Shown here piece by piece: positions 1 to 8,455 of a stretch of DNA of 32,000 bases. The notes beneath the pieces were generated by a model. The model had not been told where the DNA came from. It did not search any database and saw only the letters and a program-made list of their open reading frames with translations. The position numbers and the translations under genes are program-made. Source of the stretch: Candidatus Paracaedimonas acanthamoebae (GTDB lineage: Bacteria > Pseudomonadota > Alphaproteobacteria > Caedimonadales > Caedimonadaceae); the NCBI GenBank assembly GCA_000743035.1, contig CP008940.1:1-32000 (forward strand), written 5' to 3'. How positions within the stretch are numbered: the first letter of the stretch is position 1; each line of letters starts with the position of its first letter.

Positions 1-460
1 AAACCAATTTTGCATAAGTAAGTCCTTTTTGGGGGTTGGATGAATGATAATGAGCAACAGCCTTAAACCAGCTGTGATGCTGAGCTCTAAGGGAGACAAG
101 AAACTGGGCAGCAATTGAGGTATTTTTTAAAGGATTTAACAGCTCTTGAGCCGAATTTACTTTATCTTTGTGCCAGAAATAATTGATCTGGTGACACCCC
201 ACATCAAAGTTCTCAATCCCCAAAGCCAGAAGCTCCTTGATATAAATTGAAGCGACTTTCTCCGTCTTAAAGTAATAACTTTTGCCTTGAATGTGAATTG
301 ACCATGGCCACGGGGCTCTATGAGGACCAAAGCCACTTTCAACTTTAGCAATTTGCAGGAGAAGCTTTTTTGGCACATTGATTTGATCTGAGAGAAGATC
401 AATGGCTTTTAAACAAAGATTGGCTTTGGCTGGGGCCATAAAAGTCAAGAAAACAATCAT
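1..460 (-). CDS. VirB1-like lytic transglycosylase (SLT domain); 3' end cut by the window edge
   Basis: Not in the supplied track because it has no stop inside the window. My translation from ATG 460..458 gives MIVFLTFMAPAKANLCLKAIDLLSDQINVPKKLLLQIAKVESGFGPHRAPWPWSIHIQGKSYYF...DVGCHQINYFWHKD...AVAHYHSSNPQKG. It has the catalytic E-S motif and the PWPW and GCxQIN blocks typical of SLT-family muramidases. It starts 20 nt after the virB11 stop, on the same strand. Confidence 0.7.
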   Translation of the reverse strand, partial: MIVFLTFMAPAKANLCLKAIDLLSDQINVPKKLLLQIAKVESGFGPHRAPWPWSIHIQGKSYYFKTEKVASIYIKELLALGIENFDVGCHQINYFWHKDKVNSAQELLNPLKNTSIAAQFLVSLRAQHHSWFKAVAHYHSSNPQKGLTYAKLV

Positions 461-480
461 GGTTATAACAAAGGGATATC

Positions 481-1419
481 TCATGGCTGAATCCTGATAA
501 GCTCTTGTGTTTTCGGGAACATCATCTCCCCTACATAGCGCTGTCCTTTGTCGCTGCGATGTAGCTGAATGACCAAATCAACAGCTTCATACAGGAACTC
601 TTTGACACCCTTTGGCTCATGCCCTGAGAACGCAATGTTTTGCGGAATGGCCCACGAAAGAGCTGATTCACAGCTATTGGCATGAAGGGTACACATAAAG
701 CCTGCATGACCTGAGTTCAAAAGCCTTAAAATGGGATAAGAATTTGCCATTGAAAGCTCTCCCATTAAGATGATGTCAGGCCGGCTTCTCATTAAATGAT
801 CAATCATTTGAGGATAGTCTAATGTTGGGTTCTTTTCATTACGGCTAACCACATAGTGCACATGGTTTTCATGAGGAATAGTGAGTTCTCTCGTATCCTC
901 AAGCACAAGAATTCGTTTATCTTGGGGAATGGATGACAAAAGACAGTTCATAAATGTCGTTTTCCCTGAACTCGTTCCGCCTGATATAAGAATATTTGCA
1001 CCTTCTTTTATGAGAGATATGATCATCTGTTCATGTTCAAGATTAAGGCCATAATCTTCAAAGGAAAGCTTTAAATAACGCCGCATCCGAATAGAGATTG
1101 AAAGCTTAGACTCAACGTTCGATCCCAGCATTGCTTCAAATCGGTGGCCGCCTGGAAGCATAACAGATAACCGGGGTTGAATAATGGGATCAAAGGCTAA
1201 CCCCCAGTGATTGGCTAAAACATGACAGAGGGTTTCCCAATACTTTAAATCAAGCTTAGGGGTTGAGATTTTCTTATACCCTTTCCCTGAAATCTCTAAA
1301 TTCAATTCTCCTGCTTTGATCACAGAGCATTCTATTAAATCTTCTTCTTGCAAATATGGATTTAATTCGGCAAGCCATGCCGTTAATGAAGGTGAGGATA
1401 ATCCCATATCACTTATCAT
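481..1419 (-). CDS. virB11: VirB11-family type IV secretion ATPase
   Basis: Walker A motif GGTSSGKTTF, then LVLEDTRE, GELS and a GHAGxxxTLHA His-box, all typical of VirB11/TrbB hexameric ATPases. The ORF is open up to 1470. I prefer ATG 1419..1417 (MISDMG) because it overlaps the stop of the upstream 808-aa gene (AATGATAAGTGA). Confidence 0.9.
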   Translation of the reverse strand: MISDMGLSSPSLTAWLAELNPYLQEEDLIECSVIKAGELNLEISGKGYKKISTPKLDLKYWETLCHVLANHWGLAFDPIIQPRLSVMLPGGHRFEAMLGSNVESKLSISIRMRRYLKLSFEDYGLNLEHEQMIISLIKEGANILISGGTSSGKTTFMNCLLSSIPQDKRILVLEDTRELTIPHENHVHYVVSRNEKNPTLDYPQMIDHLMRSRPDIILMGELSMANSYPILRLLNSGHAGFMCTLHANSCESALSWAIPQNIAFSGHEPKGVKEFLYEAVDLVIQLHRSDKGQRYVGEMMFPKTQELIRIQP

Positions 1420-3835
1420 TTTTTCGCCATGGTCCATATACTTTCCTGCCATCTGAGTAATGAGTGACATCTCTTATGCCAGGATAATGATAAGTCATTT
1501 TCTTAATCCTATCTCCCATCTTTACTTGGTATGGAATGTTCGCATATTCATGAGTTACTTGAACAACTGTACTTTGGGGCTTGTTTTGGATAAGCGTATT
1601 TGAATTTTTGATAACTGTCGTTTGAGAGGGGCTCGATGGTTTAGTAAGTTGTTGTATAATAGGTTTGGATAACCCAGCCACCTTTTCATAAATAGTTCCA
1701 TCAGGGCGTGTCCATAGTTGAACTTTATCTTGCGGACTAATTAAAGTGTTTCCATCCATGGAAGGTGATTGAGTAAGAGACGGTCTATTGATTTCATCCG
1801 ATAAGATGTAAGGTAACCACCTATTTTCATCATTTTCTGTAAATTCTTTAATAATTAATAATGTTTTACTGCCTTTAATAGATATTTGATATCGAGGCTT
1901 CGATTTAAGCTCTTGGTCCAAATGCTCATATCCAATAATTGATAAGAAGTGGGGGAGAGGTTCATTAGAGCGTCTGCAAGATTTATCAATAAATCTGTTC
2001 TTGCCATTCCATTGATAATAAGCCCTCATCAGAGGATAAGAACGGCCTGATTCAAAATCATGTTCATACTGACCTTCACACCCCTCTTTAGTGAAGATTA
2101 AATTTGTAAGATCTTGGGGTTCACACTGCTGTGAAATAATCTTTGTCTTATCTTTATAATTAATCTGACGCCTAGCCATAGGAATGACGGTTGAACCATT
2201 AATGACTGGTTTGCATCCAGCTTTAACAAACTGATGAGCGATTGTTTCTTCTGTCTCATGACAGGGAGTGACTTCATGGGTAATTCCATTTTCAATAAAT
2301 ATATCTCTTTTTTGAATAATAGATTTATTCTGCTCATAGAGATGTTTGAGTGAGCACCCTTGCTCTGTAAGAATAATCGATAAGGGGTGATGATTTGTCG
2401 GGTGGCATGCATTAACAAGCTTTCTAGCATTGCTCCTATCATAATAGACTGTTTCTGCTTGAGGATACGCAAGGCGTAATTGAAGATCTATGTCATGAGG
2501 ACATAAGCCTCTCTCTTCTATAAAGGGGTGAGGTTGTGACTCATCTTTAATACAGTGTTCATCAAGATATATTTTATTGTTAGCATCATCGAGCCAATAC
2601 CGTTTAAAAGTTGTATAAGCAACACCAGCTTGCTGATCAATAATGTCAGAACAACAACCGTAATCTTTTTTAATATCAAAAATGAGATGAGAATCAGCAC
2701 AGTGTGTTTCATCCGTAACGACTCCATTTGTTCTAGCAATGGAGCGAGTTTGTATAATGACCTTACCTCTTTCTAGATCTATCCGTGGGGGACACCCTTC
2801 TTTTGTGACTTCCACCTCAATAAGAGGCATTTTAAACTGATCTCCCCCTAAAGCATCTTTTTGGTTAATTTTTAAGGGGTTAAATTCTTTATTGGGGCGC
2901 TCAACAAAATCTTTATGGGGATGATGAGATAAAGATGGGGGTGTTTCTGAAGAACTCTTAGAAGAAATGGGAAAAGTTTTCTCTCCTATCAGAGGCTTTT
3001 TTTGCATTTGTTGAATTCCTGATTCTTGCGGACTTGATGGTGTCACGGGAAATAATGTTTGAGATGATGAAGTTACAGGAGAAGCAGAAGGCTCATTTTT
3101 TTTATATGATGCATCTCTACCATTACCTCTTAAAGAATTCCCTGTCCTTCTCCCAGATAGTTGATTTTGAGGAGTTGAAGGTTGACGAATCATTGAAGCA
3201 GCACTTTTTCCCTCCTCAGATGAAGAAGAATTTCCTCGATAACTTTCTGATAAAAACGTCATTGACGCATTATCATGAGAACTCCTGTCTTCAACAGACG
3301 TGTCTAAATCAGAGAGATCTCTTGATAAGTGATGTTTTTTAATCTTACCTTCGATGTCCTCTAAACGCCGTTCATTTGATAATGGATTCTCTGCTTTGAG
3401 CTCATCACTTCCTTGCTCGTCTTCCCCTTTTTCAAGGCGCTCAATGGCATCTGAGAGGAAAGCCTTATCTCCATAAAGAGAAATCTTTAAGCCTTTAGGA
3501 AGGATTTCCTTTTTACTTTTGAATGTTGAAATTAAAGGCTCTTTAAATGAGGCTCTTTTTTTATCTTTGCTTTTAACACCTGTCCAAACGACTTGAACAA
3601 TCTTATCGTCTCTTTTTGAGGGGATGGAGATCGCCCGAGCCTGCCCAATTAAAGTTATTTCCTTTGGGTTATCCTTTTTCTTTTGACCTTCAAATAGGTG
3701 AGCTTTTATGAAGGATTCACTTTCCTGAAGAGGGGTGTCCTCCATTAAAATAGCCCCCATTTCTTCAGAAGGATTTGATTGCCCACAAAATGAAACACAG
3801 CAATATAGGAGAATTGATCGGTAAATAGATTTCAT
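1409..3835 (-). CDS. Large secreted hypothetical protein (808 aa): signal peptide, Ser/Pro-rich linker and a cysteine-repeat C-terminal half; embedded in the T4SS operon
   Basis: The start ATG overlaps the virB10 stop as ATGA (3832-3835), and the stop overlaps the virB11 start. The N-terminus MKSIYRSILLYCCVSFCGQ is signal-like. A low-complexity S/P/N/G region covers about aa 190-310. After it come recurring modules: TKEGCPPRIDL, ERGLCPHDIDL, TEQGCSLKHL, VKAGCKPVING, TKEGCEGQYEH. I recognise no family. Confidence 0.8.
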   Translation of the reverse strand: MKSIYRSILLYCCVSFCGQSNPSEEMGAILMEDTPLQESESFIKAHLFEGQKKKDNPKEITLIGQARAISIPSKRDDKIVQVVWTGVKSKDKKRASFKEPLISTFKSKKEILPKGLKISLYGDKAFLSDAIERLEKGEDEQGSDELKAENPLSNERRLEDIEGKIKKHHLSRDLSDLDTSVEDRSSHDNASMTFLSESYRGNSSSSEEGKSAASMIRQPSTPQNQLSGRRTGNSLRGNGRDASYKKNEPSASPVTSSSQTLFPVTPSSPQESGIQQMQKKPLIGEKTFPISSKSSSETPPSLSHHPHKDFVERPNKEFNPLKINQKDALGGDQFKMPLIEVEVTKEGCPPRIDLERGKVIIQTRSIARTNGVVTDETHCADSHLIFDIKKDYGCCSDIIDQQAGVAYTTFKRYWLDDANNKIYLDEHCIKDESQPHPFIEERGLCPHDIDLQLRLAYPQAETVYYDRSNARKLVNACHPTNHHPLSIILTEQGCSLKHLYEQNKSIIQKRDIFIENGITHEVTPCHETEETIAHQFVKAGCKPVINGSTVIPMARRQINYKDKTKIISQQCEPQDLTNLIFTKEGCEGQYEHDFESGRSYPLMRAYYQWNGKNRFIDKSCRRSNEPLPHFLSIIGYEHLDQELKSKPRYQISIKGSKTLLIIKEFTENDENRWLPYILSDEINRPSLTQSPSMDGNTLISPQDKVQLWTRPDGTIYEKVAGLSKPIIQQLTKPSSPSQTTVIKNSNTLIQNKPQSTVVQVTHEYANIPYQVKMGDRIKKMTYHYPGIRDVTHYSDGRKVYGPWRKNDK

Positions 3836-4869
3836 GGTTGTTTTATCTCCATATCTTTATTTTTTTCATGAGCTATTTTTGAACTTTCTTGGGCAAGAGA
3901 TTCTTTTGAATGCCTTAAGACTATGTCTGAGGACGGGATAATTTGAATGTGACTTCCTGGTGGAATGGTTAAGATAGGAGCTAAATTAATATTTTGTTCA
4001 ATGACTTGTGAAGTTGCCTCACTTAAATTATGCGAAAACTCATCAGAAGCTCCTGTCAAAAGCTGAGAAAGAGTGCTTTTAGATCTTGCCTCGCTTGCAT
4101 AAGAGCCTGCTTGCGCAAGAGAAGCTGTCGCTGAGATTAAAAAAGCTGCTCCATAGCGCTCCCACACCCGTTGATCTAATTCACCAATAAGACCTGTTCT
4201 TCCCGTTTGATCAGACGCTATAGACTCTTTAAGAGCGACACTGACTCCATCAGGACGAATCAACCGTTTACATTGCACAGGAAGACGTGTTTGACCGATT
4301 TCACCTAAAGGCTCATAATGGCAAATGATTCGGCTATAAGCTGGAATGAGAACAAACTTTCCATTCGGACTTAAGACATCTCGCTCCACAATGGCAATCA
4401 TTCGCCCTCCCACTTGAGAATTGACAGAATCTTCTAAAATCGCTGGAATCCGCATATCTGCTGTTAAAATTCGGGATCGGTCCACAGGAAGTGTAGAGCG
4501 AGATTCTTCAAAGCTTGCATCTTCCCATTGCTGATAATCTGGATCTTGAAGACGGGGCTTTTGTTCTTCTTCCTTTTTAGGGGGCAGGACCTTTAAGGTC
4601 TTGTTTGCTTGATATTGCCTTAATCCTCGTAATTGGCGAGCTTTATCTTCCCGTATGAGAGGTTTTGGATCTGGGAAATGAACAACCACAGGTTCAGGCT
4701 CTGGTTCCGGCTCTACAACAACAGGCTTAGGCTCTTCAGGTTTTTTAAAGACATGAAAGTCTGGGGCAAGCTTTTGCCGTGGCTCGAGGGTAGGCTTTTT
4801 TGAAGCTTCATCCTCTAAACACCCACTTAAAAGAGCTGTTGTAAGCAAAAGAAAACAAACTTTCTTCAT
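3832..4869 (-). CDS. virB10: VirB10/TrbI-family T4SS core protein
   Basis: Pro-rich stretch PEEPKPVVVEPEPEPEPVVVHFPDPKP, followed by a TrbI-like C-terminal domain (RILTADMRIPAILEDSVNSQVGG...IRPDGVSVAL...GLIGELDQRVWERYG...PPGSHIQII). The preferred start ATG 4869..4867 forms an ATGA overlap with the virB9 stop. The ORF is open up to 4902. Confidence 0.9.
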   Translation of the reverse strand: MKKVCFLLLTTALLSGCLEDEASKKPTLEPRQKLAPDFHVFKKPEEPKPVVVEPEPEPEPVVVHFPDPKPLIREDKARQLRGLRQYQANKTLKVLPPKKEEEQKPRLQDPDYQQWEDASFEESRSTLPVDRSRILTADMRIPAILEDSVNSQVGGRMIAIVERDVLSPNGKFVLIPAYSRIICHYEPLGEIGQTRLPVQCKRLIRPDGVSVALKESIASDQTGRTGLIGELDQRVWERYGAAFLISATASLAQAGSYASEARSKSTLSQLLTGASDEFSHNLSEATSQVIEQNINLAPILTIPPGSHIQIIPSSDIVLRHSKESLAQESSKIAHEKNKDMEIKQP

Positions 4870-5822
4870 TCCGCTGCCTCTTGAGGGGTCGGAAAGACGC
4901 ATACCACTCTCACGCCATTACGAAGCGTAAAAGAACCTGAATGCTGAGCAACAATCTTTGTCCCTTCTCGATTTACATTAATCGGCGTATCTACGCCATC
5001 TATCACGGCGTAAATGGCAGGAAGACCCTTCTTTTTAATTTCTTCTCCATAATCAAACCAGGTGCGGATGCCATCACTGTAAACACGGTAAGGCGCGATT
5101 TCTTTATCGCCTGCCATGGTGAAGTTAAAGTTAAGCTGAGAAGGATCAAAAGTGACTTCTTCAAGATAATCGTCTTTTGAGGTCTCGCCCTTCCCTTTTA
5201 TTTTAGTGAGAGAAGAAGAAAAATTTGAAGGCTTAGCGACTCGTATATAAACTGCCAGATCAGGCACATGATGTGTGTTATACCCTTCTGATCTTAGATA
5301 AAATGAGTAAACTTTGCCACTCGCGCCAATGACAACAAGGTTGCTGTCAAGACCAGTAAACTCTTGAGGTTGAAGGGTGAGAATATTCGCTCTCGGGTTC
5401 TCAACCTTAAAAGAAGAAGGATCACCAAGGGTGAACTTCTCAACCCTCTCCCAGCTGGGCAGGATAATACACGTTGTCATCATCTCTCGGCATCGGAGCT
5501 TAATAATTTCGCTACCTGTATAAGTGACATTATAAACTCCAGCTCCTTCTTTCGCATGATCCCAAGCATGCTGAATGGCCCCTAAAGGCAATGATTCTTT
5601 ACGCTCCAAATCAGGATAATGGCCTTTCACTTGGTGTTCTACATCTGGATGCTCAGTGAGGACATGGGATGAGCTAGATGGCATTAAATCTTCTGGGGCT
5701 GGTGTTGGCGCCATGACTGGCGGCTGATGTATAGGTTGGGAACTTGCTCTTCCTAAAGGAGAGGCAATGAGAAGCGGCGTCAATATCATAAGAGTGATAG
5801 ATTTTGAGTTATTTTTGAGCAT
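4866..5822 (-). CDS. virB9: VirB9/CagX-family T4SS outer-membrane core protein
   Basis: Signal peptide MLKNNSKSITLMILTPLLIASPLGRA. VirB9-like blocks are present: IKLRCREMMTTCIILPSWERVEKFTLGD, VVIGASGKVYSFYLRSE, YSDGIRTWFDYG. It sits between virB8 and virB10. The ORF is open up to 5894, and the chosen ATG 5822 overlaps the virB8 3' end. Confidence 0.9.
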   Translation of the reverse strand: MLKNNSKSITLMILTPLLIASPLGRASSQPIHQPPVMAPTPAPEDLMPSSSSHVLTEHPDVEHQVKGHYPDLERKESLPLGAIQHAWDHAKEGAGVYNVTYTGSEIIKLRCREMMTTCIILPSWERVEKFTLGDPSSFKVENPRANILTLQPQEFTGLDSNLVVIGASGKVYSFYLRSEGYNTHHVPDLAVYIRVAKPSNFSSSLTKIKGKGETSKDDYLEEVTFDPSQLNFNFTMAGDKEIAPYRVYSDGIRTWFDYGEEIKKKGLPAIYAVIDGVDTPINVNREGTKIVAQHSGSFTLRNGVRVVCVFPTPQEAAE

Positions 5823-6477
5823 CAAGACTTCCTTTCTGAGCAAGCGTATAGTGGGTGACGGTAAAGCCAATAGGATTGATATATTGATCCTCAATTGAGA
5901 CTGCCTGAGGTTCTAAGGAGACTGTTAATGTTGAAACCCAATGTCCTTGACCAATTACTTGTCCTTTATGACGATCACGTGATATCCACTCCACTTGATA
6001 AATATTAGGCGCACTGGGTGCTAAAGAAGTGCTTGAGAGGATTTGGATTTCTCGCGTCACTAGTTCTTCTTGTCTTTTCTTAAAAGGAGAGTCTTGATTT
6101 TCAGGCTTCATAAGGGACATGAATTCGTCATTTAATTGAGCACCTGTCATCAGACTTAATTGCTTCCACCTGAGCTCTTCTGTTTGCAGATCAATGGTCT
6201 CCCGTAAAGTAACATATTGACGAGAAAGCGTTTCCATCAGAAGGATTGTTGCTTTTTCATTGCGTGTAATAGGCTCAATGCGAACCACTTGTTCTCCTTT
6301 ATCCTTAAGAGTCACCAGCATAGGCTGCACCTCTTTTAAAGGAAGAAGCACAATGATAAGGCAAACAAGCGCAATGACGGCTAATCCCAAAACAACAGCA
6401 CATATTGTTGAAAGACGAGCCGTTGTTTGAGCCGCTTTATAAGATTCAAAGCTTTGAAGAGAAGGTTCTAAATCCAT
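5809..6477 (-). CDS. virB8: VirB8-family T4SS inner-membrane protein
   Basis: A single TM segment (LSTICAVVLGLAVIALVCLIIVLLP) is followed by a periplasmic domain ending in the INPIGFTVTHY (NPxG) motif. It sits in the canonical position. The ORF is open up to 6519, and I prefer ATG 6477 (MDLEPS), which overlaps the virB7-like stop by 10 nt. Confidence 0.85.
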   Translation of the reverse strand: MDLEPSLQSFESYKAAQTTARLSTICAVVLGLAVIALVCLIIVLLPLKEVQPMLVTLKDKGEQVVRIEPITRNEKATILLMETLSRQYVTLRETIDLQTEELRWKQLSLMTGAQLNDEFMSLMKPENQDSPFKKRQEELVTREIQILSSTSLAPSAPNIYQVEWISRDRHKGQVIGQGHWVSTLTVSLEPQAVSIEDQYINPIGFTVTHYTLAQKGSLDAQK

Positions 6478-6629
6478 TGTCCATTCCGATAAATAATTTG
6501 CTTTTTGCAAGGAGAGCATTCGCTTTGAGGCAGTTTATCGGTACCACTGCCTGTATAAGGATCACTTGTTTGAGAACACCCACTTGCCAGAAGCGTCAGT
6601 ACGAGAAGAGGAAGATATAAATATTTCAT
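6468..6629 (-). CDS. virB7: VirB7-like small lipoprotein (53 aa)
   Basis: Below the ORF-track size cutoff. My translation is MKYLYLPLLVLTLLASGCSQTSDPYTGSGTDKLPQSECSPCKKQIIYRNGQWI. It has the lipobox LASGC and an AGGA Shine-Dalgarno about 7 nt upstream. It starts 11 nt after the virB6 stop, in the canonical slot between virB6 and virB8. Confidence 0.65.
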   Translation of the reverse strand: MKYLYLPLLVLTLLASGCSQTSDPYTGSGTDKLPQSECSPCKKQIIYRNGQWI

Positions 6630-6640
6630 GGTTTTTTCCT

Positions 6641-7699
6641 TTATTCTGAACCAATAATATTGTTAAGAGCAGGGTTCTCCCATGATGAACCACGGGATGA
6701 CAGATGATTCTTGATTTTAGGCCCTGCCCAACCCTTGACAGCGCCCCATGCTTTTTGAGCCCCTTTTTGGCCGTAATGCTTTGCACCTCCCCCTATCATC
6801 CCCATGGTTGCCGAAGAGACGCCTGCCACAAATCCTGCAGCACCAGGTCCATCAGAAGCTCCTGCAATGTTCGCAATGGTGGGGACTTTAAGCTGAAGGT
6901 AGATTGAAAGGCAGGCAATGATAAAGCATGTCCAATAAGCATCACTAAAGGCAAATGAGCCTGCATCTTCCCTTAAAATACCATTTCCATCCAAAGGTAT
7001 GAGATGAAGTGATTCTTTAAGCACATATAAGCTCAGGCCCATGGCAATGACAGAAATCAAAATTGTAAAAACCCCATGCAAGACCATCTTAAGTCCTGAT
7101 GTGGATATACTTCGGGTTGATGAAAAGCCTGCAAAGATAATGAGTAAGGGAGACAAAGCTGTGACAGCCATCAGCTTGAACATATAGTCTAAACAATAAC
7201 AAAGCATAATAATGTAAAGAAAGAGAAAGGGTATTCTCATAATGATGGAAGCAAGTGTATTAAATCCTGGAATAATCCCGGTATCTTGCATCATTAAACT
7301 CATCGACTCAAAAACTTGATTGAGCGTTCCGTATTGAAACTTGAGCACGGAAAAAAGAGTGGCTTTAGACCCTGAATAATTAACCTTTATAACAGAAATC
7401 ATGGTCTCAACTAGTTTTGCAACCGTTTCATTGATGGGCAAGTAGAACCAATTTGAGAAAGTGCTAGCTGTTAGAAGAATTGAAATAGATATGCTGATTA
7501 AAAATGGTTTTAGAAAATCAGAGAAGTGGAATTCTCCTTTAATGGCTCCTTTCCAAATCAGTTGCCAGACAAACCAGCACCCAAAAGCGGCCATAAAAAG
7601 AGAAAGACACCCTACACTTAAGGCATTAAAAATTTTAACGCCATAGCTTTCCATCCTGAGCTCAAGCATTTTAATAATTTCGATAGGTTTATCCATCAT
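6641..7699 (-). CDS. virB6: VirB6/TrbL-family polytopic T4SS membrane protein
   Basis: There are at least 6 long hydrophobic segments, a Gly-rich C-terminal tail, and a position between the virB5-like and virB7-like genes. The start follows the upstream stop immediately (TAAATGATG). Confidence 0.8.
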   Translation of the reverse strand: MMDKPIEIIKMLELRMESYGVKIFNALSVGCLSLFMAAFGCWFVWQLIWKGAIKGEFHFSDFLKPFLISISISILLTASTFSNWFYLPINETVAKLVETMISVIKVNYSGSKATLFSVLKFQYGTLNQVFESMSLMMQDTGIIPGFNTLASIIMRIPFLFLYIIMLCYCLDYMFKLMAVTALSPLLIIFAGFSSTRSISTSGLKMVLHGVFTILISVIAMGLSLYVLKESLHLIPLDGNGILREDAGSFAFSDAYWTCFIIACLSIYLQLKVPTIANIAGASDGPGAAGFVAGVSSATMGMIGGGAKHYGQKGAQKAWGAVKGWAGPKIKNHLSSRGSSWENPALNNIIGSE

Positions 7700-8455
7700 T
7701 TATTTCCCTGCTTTTAATTGAGGTGAAGACATCTTTTTAAAAACTGTAGGTTGGGCTTGTGCCATATAAGTTGCCATTAACTCTAATTGTTGAGATTGAA
7801 GGAGAATAAGTTTGTCCAACTGATGAGCAATATGCTCAAGGAGTCTTGTTTGCATATTCGTTTGATATTGAAGGGTTGGGTTCTGTTCAGCTTGCACCTT
7901 TATCTGGGTGAGCTGATAGTGATCGTCCCTCAGTGTTTTCTTTTGCTGAGTTGCGATAGCTAAGGAATCCACTGTTGAAACTTGAACAGCCTCAAGTTTT
8001 TGATCTCTAAGTTGGGATAATTGTGTTGGCGTTGTTATGGACCTATCTGAAAAAAACTTCTGCTGAAAATAGTTTTTAGCATAAATATAGTTTGAAAAAT
8101 CTTTCTTTCCCCCATGTTGGACATTCATATGGTTGAGTTGCATTAAGGAATCCCCTCCTTGCCCTGTGAGGCTGCTTAAAAGAAAACTAAAATCACCGCT
8201 TAAATTTCCCACTTTCATAACTTTTTGAAGAAAACCTGGATCAAGTCTTGACCCCAGAACACTATTCATTTCCATCATCTCACCTGATAATGTTTTAAGC
8301 TCCTGTAATGATTCCCCCGCAGTACTTAAAACGTTGCTGAGAGTCTTAAATGTTTTAAAATCAAAAGTCGCTAAAGCCCCAGAATGAGATTCTTTACTAT
8401 GACCTATAAAAAGGCTGCTTAAAACTAAGCAGCATCTAAATATTTTTCGACCCAT
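7700..8455 (-). CDS. virB5: VirB5/TraC-like minor pilus or adhesin subunit candidate
   Basis: Signal peptide MGRKIFRCCLVLSSLFIGHS. The body is helical and Gln/Leu-rich, about 250 aa long, and sits between virB4 and virB6. A GGAG lies 6 nt upstream of ATG 8455. The assignment rests on position and architecture, not on a recognised motif. Confidence 0.5.
   Translation of the reverse strand: MGRKIFRCCLVLSSLFIGHSKESHSGALATFDFKTFKTLSNVLSTAGESLQELKTLSGEMMEMNSVLGSRLDPGFLQKVMKVGNLSGDFSFLLSSLTGQGGDSLMQLNHMNVQHGGKKDFSNYIYAKNYFQQKFFSDRSITTPTQLSQLRDQKLEAVQVSTVDSLAIATQQKKTLRDDHYQLTQIKVQAEQNPTLQYQTNMQTRLLEHIAHQLDKLILLQSQQLELMATYMAQAQPTVFKKMSSPQLKAGK

Noticed and set aside
157-402. Listed 81-aa minus-strand ORF
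   Set aside because: It lies in a different frame inside the much better supported SLT/VirB1-like ORF (1-460), which has clear catalytic motifs. Its own sequence has no recognisable features.
2098-3342. Four listed ORFs (2098-2472 -, 2518-2739 -, 2555-2776 +, 3034-3342 +) nested in the 808-aa gene
   Set aside because: All lie entirely within the long operon-coupled ORF, in alternative frames or on the other strand. Their sequences are low-complexity and hydrophobic, typical of shadow ORFs.
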